A DNA stretch of 64,000 nucleotides, taken from assembly GCA_038212275.1 (NCBI GenBank), contig JBBQUR010000017.1, positions 32,001 to 96,000 of the forward strand. The letters run 5' to 3'. The notes under the pieces were generated by a model, which did not search any database, was not told the origin of the DNA, and saw only the letters and a list, made by a program, of their open reading frames with translations. The translations under genes and the position numbers were made by a program. The DNA is from Planctomycetota bacterium (GTDB lineage Bacteria; Planctomycetota; B15-G4). Numbering within the stretch: the first letter of the stretch is position 1; the number at the start of each line of letters is the position of its first letter. This document shows, piece by piece, positions 44,489-53,647 of this stretch.

Positions 44489-45403
44489 TCAGTGTGTGCG
44501 CCGATCGCGGTGCAGCTCCGGCGCGAGCAGATCGCGCGCGCGTCCCGGCGAGAGCCCGAACTCGCGGCGGAATGCGGACGTGAAGTGGCTGTGACTGCCG
44601 AAGCCGACGTCCAGCGCGACCGTCGTGAGGTCGGGCGCGCCCCGGGCCAGGGCGCGCAGCGCGTGCCGCAGCCGGATGCGCACGAGGCGGGCATGCACCG
44701 TCGAGCCGGTGGCCTGCCGGAACTGCTTGGCCACGTGCCAGACCGAGCGCCCGGCCTCACGCGCCACCTCGTCCAGGTGAATGGGCCGCGCAAACGACTC
44801 GTTCAGGACTTCGAGCACGACCCGCGCCGTGCGGCGCGCGGCCTCGGATGCTGGCTCGCGGTCGTCGTCCGCAACGTCGAGCGCGACGGCGTCCAGGACA
44901 AGCTGCAGCACGCGCTCCTCGCAGTCGAGCGGGTCGAGGTCGGCCGCGTGCGCCGCGAGCACGTTGAGCGCGAACACGAGCGACGCGGGGCACGGCAGGG
45001 CGGCGTGGGCGAACCCGTTGCGTGCACCCGTCGCGCGCCGTCGCGCAGCGCACATGGCGTCCCAGGCGCGAGCGTCGATGCGAATCGTCGTGCCCTCGTT
45101 CGCGTCCCCGATCGGGTGCCGGATCTCGAACGACTCCCCGGGGTTGAAGAGCACCAGCGTGCCGACGTCCGCGAGCATGCGCTCGCGACCACGCCGTCTC
45201 TCGAAGGTGCCCGAGCCCATGACCTCGATCGCTGCGTAATCGAGACAGTCGCTGGCGCGCTCGGGGTGCACGTGCCGGTTCCAGCGAGTCGAGAGCAGCG
45301 CGAGGCCCGATCTGCGGAAGAGATCGCATGCCGCGAGTCGCGCCTCGAGTCGCAACTGTGGTGCGTCGGCGGCGCCAAGATCGTGATAGCGGCCCGGGTC
45401 CAT
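44489..45403 (-). CDS. AraC family transcriptional regulator
   Basis: C-terminal LDEVAREAG.S.WH.AKQFRQATG...VALDVGFGSHSHFTSAFRREFG.SP. Confidence 0.92.
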   Translation of the reverse strand: MDPGRYHDLGAADAPQLRLEARLAACDLFRRSGLALLSTRWNRHVHPERASDCLDYAAIEVMGSGTFERRRGRERMLADVGTLVLFNPGESFEIRHPIGDANEGTTIRIDARAWDAMCAARRRATGARNGFAHAALPCPASLVFALNVLAAHAADLDPLDCEERVLQLVLDAVALDVADDDREPASEAARRTARVVLEVLNESFARPIHLDEVAREAGRSVWHVAKQFRQATGSTVHARLVRIRLRHALRALARGAPDLTTVALDVGFGSHSHFTSAFRREFGLSPGRARDLLAPELHRDRRTH

Positions 45404-45477
45404 GGCGACCGATGGTATCGCCCGGCGGCGGCCCGCGGCGGGTCGCACGCCGCCCGACACCCGCGAGCCACGCTTCC

Positions 45478-47190
45478 ATGATGCACGAACCATCCGCGCC
45501 ACGACTCATTCTCCTGAGGGCTGCCGCGCTCGCGTCCGTCCTGATGCCGGGACTGCCCGCGATGGGCGACGTCGAAGTCCCCTCCCCCACTGCATTCGTG
45601 CACGTGAACGTGCTGCCGATGGACGTCGATGGCGTGCTGCGCGACCAGACGGTTCTTGTCCGCGACGGACTCATCGCGCGCGTCGGCCCGGCGTCCGACG
45701 TCGTCGTGCCCGAGGACGCGCAGCGCATCGACGGACGCGGCGAGCTCTTCCTCATGCCGGGGCTGTGCGACAGCCATGTGCACGTGATCGACCCGGACGA
45801 GTTCGTGCTCTACCTCGCGAACGGCGTGACCACCGTGCGAAACATGAGCGGCGAGCCCTTCCACCTGACCTGGCGCCGCGAACTCGCCGAAGGGACGCGG
45901 CTCGGTCCGACGCTCGTGACCACGGGTCCGACGCTGGAGAGCCGGCCATCCGACGCGAGCAACGTGCGCGTGGTCACGACGCGCGCCGAAGGCGAACGCG
46001 CGGTCGAGGACATCGTTGCGCAGGGCTATGACCTCATCAAGGTGTACAGCGGCCTCGAGGCCGAGCCTTATGCGGGCATTCTCGACGCGGCGCATCGTCT
46101 CGGCATGAAGGTGGTCGGACACATCCCGCTCTCGGTCGGACTCGAGGGAGTGCTGGCCGCCAGGCAGGCGTCCATCGATCACGCCGAGGAGTACCTCTAC
46201 ACCTTCTTCGATCATGCCGGCCCTGAAGCCATCCCCGAGGCCGTGCGACTCACCCGCGAGGCGGGCGCGTGGCTCACGCCGACCCTCGTGACCTACGCCA
46301 CCATCGGCCGCCAGGTCGAGGACGCGGCGGCGCTCGCGCGACGTCCCGAGATGCGCTTCGTCGACCCGGATGTGCTGGCGCGCTGGCAGACGCAGGAGAA
46401 CGGTTACCTGCGCCGGTTCTCGTCCGCCGACGTGCCGGCCTTCCGCGCGCGCCTGGCGTTCCTGCAGGAACTCGTGCGCCGGATGCATGAGGCCGGCGTG
46501 CCATTGCTCGCGGGCACGGACGCAGGGATCGCGTTCGGCGTGTCGTTCGTGCTGCCGGGCTGGTCGTTGCACGAAGAGCTCGCGCAACTCGTCACGTGCG
46601 GATTGTCGCCGCAGGCCGCATTGCGCGCCGCGACATCCGACGCAGCCGCCTTCCTGAATCGCGCGGGAGAGTTCGGCGTGGTGCGGGAGGGTGCGCGTGC
46701 GGATCTTCTGCTGCTGCGCGCCGATCCGAGTGTCGACGTGGCGAACGCGGCGACTCGCGAGGGCGTGATGTTGCGGGGGCGCTGGATGCCGTCGGCCGAG
46801 TTGGAAGCGTTGCTCGAGACCATCCCGAGGCTGTACCGCGACGAACGGGCTTTCATGGACCTGCTGGAGACCGAAGGCATCGAGCCTGCCTTGGCCCACT
46901 TCCACGAGATGCGACGCCTCGACCGGAGCGCGCGTCTCTTTCGCGAGGCGACGCTCAGCTCGTTCGGCTACCGGCTGCTGAACTCGGGAGACGCGTCGTC
47001 CGCAGTGGCCGTGCTCGAGATCGTCGCGGAAGCGTATCCCGCGTCGGCGGACGCCCAGGACAGTCTCGGCGAGGCCTGCGCTGCCGCCGGCGACCGGAAG
47101 CGCGCGATCGACTGCTACGAGCGATCGCTGACACTCGATCCGTCCAACGCGAACGCGACGGCCAGGCTCGCGGAGCTGAGCTCCGAGTGA
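45478..47190 (+). CDS. Secreted amidohydrolase with C-terminal TPR
   Basis: MPGLCDSHVH, NGVTTVR, IKVY, GH, SIDH, AGTD, ADLLLL; TPR (DSLGEA...AIDCYERSL.LDP.N). Confidence 0.88.
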   Translation: MMHEPSAPRLILLRAAALASVLMPGLPAMGDVEVPSPTAFVHVNVLPMDVDGVLRDQTVLVRDGLIARVGPASDVVVPEDAQRIDGRGELFLMPGLCDSHVHVIDPDEFVLYLANGVTTVRNMSGEPFHLTWRRELAEGTRLGPTLVTTGPTLESRPSDASNVRVVTTRAEGERAVEDIVAQGYDLIKVYSGLEAEPYAGILDAAHRLGMKVVGHIPLSVGLEGVLAARQASIDHAEEYLYTFFDHAGPEAIPEAVRLTREAGAWLTPTLVTYATIGRQVEDAAALARRPEMRFVDPDVLARWQTQENGYLRRFSSADVPAFRARLAFLQELVRRMHEAGVPLLAGTDAGIAFGVSFVLPGWSLHEELAQLVTCGLSPQAALRAATSDAAAFLNRAGEFGVVREGARADLLLLRADPSVDVANAATREGVMLRGRWMPSAELEALLETIPRLYRDERAFMDLLETEGIEPALAHFHEMRRLDRSARLFREATLSSFGYRLLNSGDASSAVAVLEIVAEAYPASADAQDSLGEACAAAGDRKRAIDCYERSLTLDPSNANATARLAELSSE

Positions 47191-47292
47191 GAGCCAGAAC
47201 GTCTCCCGCGCCGGCCGACGGATCGCAGGAAAAGCCACATGTGCTCCATCGGAGGACAGTGCCCGAGTGAGAATGCAGGGCCTTCTCTGCCG

Positions 47293-48576
47293 CTACGGGG
47301 TCAGCGCCTTCAGCGCGTTGCTCAGTGACACGCCCTTCGGCGCGGCTGCGTCCTGGATCGCGTACTGGAAGTAAAGCGATGTTGCCGAGGGCAGGCCGCT
47401 CGGCCACGTGAACGGGAGCAGCAGCGTGCCACTGCCGAACGTGACCAGCGACAGGTTCAGGGTGACGGGGTTCGCGACGAGCACTCCGCCCTTGAACGGC
47501 GCCGGCACGCTGGCCAGCGCCACGAAGAGCACGGCGGGCTTGGAGGCAGCGGCCGACGTCAGAGACAGACTGCACGAAGAGCCGGGTGCGAGCGTGCCCA
47601 TCCCCACCAAGTGGGGAATGCCGCTGATGCCGGCAAGGCCCGACCCGAGGTCGGAGAATACGGACGCGCCACTCGAGCGAATCGCGATGATGTTCGCGCC
47701 GCTGGCGACGAAAAGGGTCTGTCCGTCCGGCGCGAACGTGATGTCGCCGTCGAAGCCCGTGGTTCCGAAGACGAAGCCGCTCGCAAACGTCGTCACGCTC
47801 GCATTGGGCGCAACGCGCCGCACGGAGTTCGTCAGAGTGTCCGTGACATACGCAAAGTCACCGAACGGTCCAAATGGATCGGGGCTGAAGCGCATGTCGA
47901 GCGATTGGCCCGTGCCCGTCGCGAACACCGATCCGCTGCCCGCCGCGTTCACTCGCACAATCTCGCCGGTCAGGAAGACGCTCGTGAACAGATCGCCGCC
48001 AAACGCGCTTCCGGCGGCAGGAAAATCGACGCCGAGCGGAGCGTTGGCGAAGTTGCTCGCAGCAGAAAACAACGCGGTCCCGCCCCCGGACGTGGCGCTG
48101 GTGATCGTGCCCGAACCGGGATTTCCATTGGAGACGAACAACTTCGCGCCGAAGGCGCTGCCGACCGGCGCCATCGCCAGGCCATTGCAGCTGAAAAGCG
48201 AGCCGCCGGAAGCGAACAGCGAGACCACGCCGCTGGACGTGATCTTCATGACCGTCGAATTGTTCTGCGCGACGTACAGCAGGCCCGTGCCGAACGTGCC
48301 CTCGTCGAAGGCAAGCCCGGACGGCCTGTCGAAGCCAGTGGCCAGGCCGCTTGCGAAGGGAGTGACACTGCCGGTCACCACGTCGACGCGTCTCACCTCG
48401 CCGCTGGTACTGGCGTAGAGGTCCACGCCGAAGGCGCCGCCGTTGGCGACGGCCATCCCCGTGACTTCGGCGCCGAACGGAATCGATGTGGCAGTGAAGC
48501 CGGATGGAACGACGACCTGGCCCAGGCCTCCTCCAATCAACGACGCGGCGAGAAGGCAGAGCGAAAGGGTCAACAT
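47293..48576 (-). CDS. Secreted beta-propeller (NHL/SMP-30-like) protein with shared C-terminal PFKGG domain
   Basis: Signal MLTLSLCLLAAS; repeated FG..L[YF]V / FA[ST]G units; C-terminus PFKGGVLVANP...SNALKALTP. Confidence 0.8.
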   Translation of the reverse strand: MLTLSLCLLAASLIGGGLGQVVVPSGFTATSIPFGAEVTGMAVANGGAFGVDLYASTSGEVRRVDVVTGSVTPFASGLATGFDRPSGLAFDEGTFGTGLLYVAQNNSTVMKITSSGVVSLFASGGSLFSCNGLAMAPVGSAFGAKLFVSNGNPGSGTITSATSGGGTALFSAASNFANAPLGVDFPAAGSAFGGDLFTSVFLTGEIVRVNAAGSGSVFATGTGQSLDMRFSPDPFGPFGDFAYVTDTLTNSVRRVAPNASVTTFASGFVFGTTGFDGDITFAPDGQTLFVASGANIIAIRSSGASVFSDLGSGLAGISGIPHLVGMGTLAPGSSCSLSLTSAAASKPAVLFVALASVPAPFKGGVLVANPVTLNLSLVTFGSGTLLLPFTWPSGLPSATSLYFQYAIQDAAAPKGVSLSNALKALTP

Positions 48577-48819
48577 GTCACACTCCCCGAAACTGCACTG
48601 GCCCCTCCACCAGGTGATGGTGAAGTGGGTGCGATGGTGATGAAAGGCGATGGTGTCGTGCGCCCGAGCGACTTTCGGCCATGCTAGCCACAGGCTTGCA
48701 GGCCGTCTACGAAGGATCATCGGAGACGCTTCGAGAGTGTGACACGCCACCACCGGCGCCCAGCCGGCAATACCGACGCCCAGCCGATGACACCGGCGCG
48801 CGACGACGCCCGACACTTC

Positions 48820-49313
48820 AGAACACCAGGTTTGGCCCGAAGTCCGTCAGCCCTCCTGCGCAGCCCGCGCGGAGCAATTGTTCAGGTCGTCGTCAGCCGG
48901 CATCGAGCAGACGTTCGCACGCCGAATCAAGGTCTCCCTGCCGGAGGGCAAGCAGGCCGAGCGATCGGTCGTCGGCCATGGAGAGGCACGCTCCAGGCCC
49001 GGCATTCGCTGCTTCGTCGCCTGCCGGACGAACCATGACCCGCAGCCGCTCCCGGTCGGCGGCGTCCAGCCCCGGCAGGCCTGCGATGACGGCCGCTCGT
49101 GACTCGGGTCGCTCGGCCAGCACGTGCTGAGGCAGCCGTCTCGTCGATCGTCAGCCCCGAGAAGACTCGCAGCTCGACAACTTGCGCCGCTCGAGGACTC
49201 ACTCGGCCGAGAACCTCCACCGCATCGTCAGGGTCGATCACGTCGGCCTTCCACGCCGTATCCATCGAGGCCTGCAATGCCTCGGGAATTCCAGGATCCG
49301 GTGCGTTCGCCAC
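48820..49313 (-). pseudogene. Decayed ECF sigma factor C-terminus plus Ser/Thr kinase fragments
   Basis: SPRAAQVVELRVFSGLTIDETAA (ECF region 4). In other frames, ERPESRAA and a broken DL..N..LL...LTDFG kinase-like stretch. No intact ORF. Confidence 0.55.
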
Positions 49314-49473
49314 CGAGTCGCCAGCCTTGCAGCGGGCGCGCGGGCCTCCGGAGTTGTTCCGAGAGGTGTGAGGCGTGACGCGCGAGGTGAGTTGCCGACG
49401 CGCGCGGCAGGATCCGGGTCTTGTGTGGCGTATCCTCCCGGGCAGCTATCATCCGCCTCGAGAGGCATCGACA

Positions 49474-51567
49474 ATGAATCTCAATCGACGCGAGTTCGTT
49501 CAATTGGCCGCGGGAATGGGGGCGGCGCTGGCGTGGGGCAGCTCCGCTCGAGCGTCAAGCACCGGCTGGCGTGAGCGGCGCGAGCTCTATCCGGAAGGCG
49601 TCGCGTCCGGCGATCCCGATCCGACGAGCGTGATCCTCTGGACTCGGCGGCCGTTCGAATCCGGCGACCGGCACGTGCTCACGCTCGAAGTCGCCGAGGA
49701 CGATGCATTCCTGAGCGTCGTCGCAAAGGCGTCCGCGCCGGTCTCAGCGGAATCGGATTGGACGTCGCGCGTGTTGGTCGGTCACCTCAAACCTGCGCGC
49801 GTCTACTGGTACCGCTTCACCGATGGAGAGGGAAACGGGAGCCGCGTCGGTCGCACGATCACCGCCCCGCTCGCGGACGATCCACGACCGGTCAACTTCG
49901 CCTTCGTCAGCTGCCAGAGTCTTAACGAAGGCAAGCTCAACGGCTATCGCCGGATGATCTTCGAAGATGAGCGCGCGGCGCCCCCTGGACCGGGCGACAA
50001 CCCAGGCGTTGTCGGCGATACCCAACTTGGTTTCGTTCTCCACCTCGGTGATTTCATTTACGAGGTCGTCGAATATCCCGACGAGGTGAAGACGCGGTAC
50101 GACCGCACGATTTACGACGTCGGCCGGATTCCCGATGGCGGCAAAACCAGCAACTTCCATTACCCGCTCACGGTCGAAGGCTATCGCGTCGTCTACAAGG
50201 GCTACCTGGCTGATCCCGATCTGCAAGACGCACGAGCGCGCTGGCCGTTCGTCGCCATCTGGGACAACCACGAATTCTCATGGCAGGGCCGGCAGAGCAT
50301 CGTGCAGGCGGGAGGCCCGCCGCAGCCTGGACAAACGGTGAAGGTCGCCGCAAACCAGGCCTGGTTCGAATACATTCCCGCGCGCGTGAAGGCGCCGAGC
50401 GGATCGCTCGACACGTTCGGCACGGTGCCGGTGAACAATGTGCCGATCGAAAACTGGAGCGACAGCGGCCTCGACATCGAACCGAACAATCAGACGGCCA
50501 TCAACAGCCTGATCGCCTATCGGTCGTTGCGCTACGGCCGGCACCGCGATCTCATTCTCACCGACCAGCACAGCTTCCGCGGCGATGACGCGACCGATGC
50601 GGAGGGCGTCGGCGAGATTTACGACCCGTCGTTCAACGGGATGTTCTCCGAACCGGCGATGATCGCGCTCGATGCCGGCCGCACGTGCAACGACGGAAAA
50701 CCGCCCGCCGAACTGAGCTTTGGCGAAACAGGAATTCCGAATCCGCGGAAAGAGTCACCGCCGCGCACGATCCTCGGAACCCATCAGAAGAAGTGGTTCA
50801 TGGACCAGCTGCGTCAGTCGGCGGCCACCTGGAAGATCTGGGGCAATTCGCAGGGTGCTCTCGATCAGCGGGTCGACCCGCAGAACCTGCCGGATGGCCT
50901 GACCGAGAACACGTGGCCGGCCGATACCTTCGCCCAGATCGGCAGCGGCGATTGGGGCAGCGCCTACCACGAGCGCGGAGAAATCTATGACCTCGTCCGC
51001 GATGCGAAGATCACAGGATTCGCGATCGTGTCGGGCGACCGTCACAGTTTCTGGGCCGGCTATGCCGCTTCCCTCTTGCCACCCGCCAAGTTCGAGCCGG
51101 TCGGCATCAGTTTCGTCGGCGCGTCGCTCGTCAGCCCGGGCACGATGGAGGCCTACGAGCACAGTCTCCGCAAAGATCATCCGCTGCGTGCGCTGTTCCT
51201 GGCTGATCGGCCAGACGGCAAGCCCGAATGGACGTACAACATGCTCCTCAAGCACGGAGTCCGCTCGTGCCTCGAATACGCCAAAAGCTTCGACCTGAAG
51301 CGGGCTCACGCTCTTTCCAATCCGCAGCTTGCTCCGCACCTCGAATTCGTGGATCTGGGCGGTCACGGCTACGCGACGGTGCGGCTCACCAGCCGTGAAA
51401 TGCGAACCGAGTTCGTCTGCATTCCGCGCCCCATCACTCGCAGCGATCGTCCGGATGGCGGTCCGCTTCGCTACCGCGTCGTCCACACGGCATCGCTCTG
51501 GGAACCGGGCGAGCGACCGCTGCTGCGCCAGCAAGTCATTGAAGGCGATCCCGGACTGTCCATCTGA
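49474..51567 (+). CDS. phoD: Alkaline phosphatase D family protein with Tat signal
   Basis: MNLNRREF twin-Arg signal; GVASGDP, ILWTR, FVSCQ, HLGDFIYE, WDNHE, SGDRH. Confidence 0.92.
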   Translation: MNLNRREFVQLAAGMGAALAWGSSARASSTGWRERRELYPEGVASGDPDPTSVILWTRRPFESGDRHVLTLEVAEDDAFLSVVAKASAPVSAESDWTSRVLVGHLKPARVYWYRFTDGEGNGSRVGRTITAPLADDPRPVNFAFVSCQSLNEGKLNGYRRMIFEDERAAPPGPGDNPGVVGDTQLGFVLHLGDFIYEVVEYPDEVKTRYDRTIYDVGRIPDGGKTSNFHYPLTVEGYRVVYKGYLADPDLQDARARWPFVAIWDNHEFSWQGRQSIVQAGGPPQPGQTVKVAANQAWFEYIPARVKAPSGSLDTFGTVPVNNVPIENWSDSGLDIEPNNQTAINSLIAYRSLRYGRHRDLILTDQHSFRGDDATDAEGVGEIYDPSFNGMFSEPAMIALDAGRTCNDGKPPAELSFGETGIPNPRKESPPRTILGTHQKKWFMDQLRQSAATWKIWGNSQGALDQRVDPQNLPDGLTENTWPADTFAQIGSGDWGSAYHERGEIYDLVRDAKITGFAIVSGDRHSFWAGYAASLLPPAKFEPVGISFVGASLVSPGTMEAYEHSLRKDHPLRALFLADRPDGKPEWTYNMLLKHGVRSCLEYAKSFDLKRAHALSNPQLAPHLEFVDLGGHGYATVRLTSREMRTEFVCIPRPITRSDRPDGGPLRYRVVHTASLWEPGERPLLRQQVIEGDPGLSI

Positions 51568-51948
51568 GCGGCAATGGTTCACCACCCTTGCGTCGATACG
51601 AGCTTCTCTCGAGTTCGTATAAGCTCAAGGGTGGACCACCGGTCCACGCGCGATACGAGCTGTGCTGATCACGACGAAATCCACTTCGCATCCTCTGCCG
51701 CACCCGGAACCGAGGTCCATTCGGCCAGCGGACGACTCTTAGTGAACCACACATCTGTACACCGCTCAAGGCCACAGAAACGGCCGATCCTCGCCCGGAA
51801 AGATCGCTGGGCCAGCACACCGCTCTCCTGCAGCTCCGGATCCTTCCCGAGCTGCTCGTGATCGATCACGCGCGCAATCCGCCATCAAGCGCACCTCAAC
51901 TCGTCGCGGCATGAGCGGGCACGAAATCGGCACTTATTCCCCGGGCTG

Positions 51949-52353
51949 CTAGACGTCTGACTCTCGGTTCCGCCTCCACAACGAGGCGACGATAAGTGCT
52001 CCACAAATAATGACGCCTATCAACGCATATGGGTTGCCCCACATCAACCCGAGCAAGCACAACGCCATCCCGAACGCGGAGATGACTATCACGAAGTACC
52101 GCGACAGCTTGTCGCCCCACACCGCACAATCTGCATCGAACTTTGTGGAATGGGACTCCTGCAAGAGCGTACGCGCCTGATCCAAGAGGTGATCGGGGAC
52201 CATGAGCTGCTCGCGACGAGCAGCACTGCCCACCCACGGGAAACCTCGGAGCTTGGTTTGCTTTACGTGATGCGAAAGCCCGCTTCGGCTGAGCAGCTCC
52301 GCACTGGCGTGCACCTTCGCAGGACTCGACGTGAGCACCGCTACGTCGGTCAT
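51949..52353 (-). CDS. Hypothetical membrane protein (2 C-terminal TM)
   Basis: 134-aa ORF with two hydrophobic helices. Confidence 0.5.
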   Translation of the reverse strand: MTDVAVLTSSPAKVHASAELLSRSGLSHHVKQTKLRGFPWVGSAARREQLMVPDHLLDQARTLLQESHSTKFDADCAVWGDKLSRYFVIVISAFGMALCLLGLMWGNPYALIGVIICGALIVASLWRRNRESDV

Positions 52354-52497
52354 GGCGGTGCCCGTGCGCTAGCAGCCGCTCCACTCGACGCGACCTCACT
52401 TCCCGGCTGGTACACGCTCTTGCGTTGGGAACACTTGCATGACAAGACTTGGACCTCGCGGCCGGCGTGGTGCATCAGCATCAAGCCGAGCCTGCCG

Positions 52498-53559
52498 CTA
52501 TCGCCGGCCACTCGGACCTTGCGAAGGGCTATCCAGGGATGCTAGCGAGTCGATCAGTGACCTCCGAATTCCTTCATTGGATGTCTTCACGAGTGCATCG
52601 GTGATCGCAGCCGCAAGTTCCGGATTGGGTCCCAAAACTCCGTCAGCACCTGCAACTCGTACTCTGCTTCCCATGACTGCAACGGAGGCAACCATGCTTG
52701 CCTTCACAAGCTCATCGTTCCCAGAACGGATGCAATCGAGAACATAGCCTTCCACACGACCTTGTCCTGCCGGTGTTATGGGATTTCCGCCAAACGATAG
52801 TTTCGCGGCATCTCCCTTTTCGGCAAGAGTGACGATGACGGCACGCTTACCGTGAACATCGGTCGCCATGTCAAGCAGCGAGAGGAACGACGCCTCGCTC
52901 CCGGCCTCATGCGCCAAGACCCGGCTTCCGGCCCGCCTGATTCCGTAGGAAGCATCAGACGACTCGACGAAGCCACGGCAAAGGCTTTCGAACTCCCCGC
53001 TCGACCCACCAAGGCGCAGCCGAGTCTCAATCGAATCCGCCACGACTTGGTTTTCCACTGCGTCTGAATAGTGATTCGCCAGCGCAAGATTTGCGTATCG
53101 CACGAGCACATCTTCGACCGCCTTGCGAGCCGCCACTGCATCGTGCCCCTCCATCTGCGCCACGACCGGAAGAACTGCCCTTACTCCGACGGGATCCTGA
53201 AGCCCCTCCAGAAGGAGATCCGGTGCAATCGAAGGACGCTGGCTCGCAAGAGTAGCGACCACTCCGTACGCTTGCCCACGCACGCGATCGGCGACTGGAG
53301 GAGATGCATGGAACACACGGCTACGCAGCGCCTCGACCACACCGGAAGCAGGAAGTCGGACGAGCTTGTTCATGCCCTCGATCTCGGTTCGATAGGCCAG
53401 GAATAAATCTATGGCCCGGTCAACCTCTTCCTGGAGGACGGTGTCAGCTACGGCTAGAGCTTCGTCATGCGTCGAGGAGCCGGGTTGAGTTTGACCGATG
53501 GTCACCGGCGAAAGCGCCGCTACGCCTATGGTCAACATTAGACTTCTGTGCATTTTCAT
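52498..53559 (-). CDS. Secreted helical (HEAT-like) hypothetical protein
   Basis: Signal MKMHRSLMLTIGVAALS; helical-looking sequence; lower GC. Confidence 0.6.
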   Translation of the reverse strand: MKMHRSLMLTIGVAALSPVTIGQTQPGSSTHDEALAVADTVLQEEVDRAIDLFLAYRTEIEGMNKLVRLPASGVVEALRSRVFHASPPVADRVRGQAYGVVATLASQRPSIAPDLLLEGLQDPVGVRAVLPVVAQMEGHDAVAARKAVEDVLVRYANLALANHYSDAVENQVVADSIETRLRLGGSSGEFESLCRGFVESSDASYGIRRAGSRVLAHEAGSEASFLSLLDMATDVHGKRAVIVTLAEKGDAAKLSFGGNPITPAGQGRVEGYVLDCIRSGNDELVKASMVASVAVMGSRVRVAGADGVLGPNPELAAAITDALVKTSNEGIRRSLIDSLASLDSPSQGPSGRR

Positions 53560-53647
53560 AAATCCCTGAGATAATGCAGTGGAATTCGTGTCTTTCGTTC
53601 GGACCGCACAACAGTGCGGCCCGCTGATGAGGGTGGTAGCGTCGTGA

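Noticed and set aside
51574..51900. Short ORFs downstream of phoD
   Set aside because: No RBS, motif or coding-like composition that I can support.
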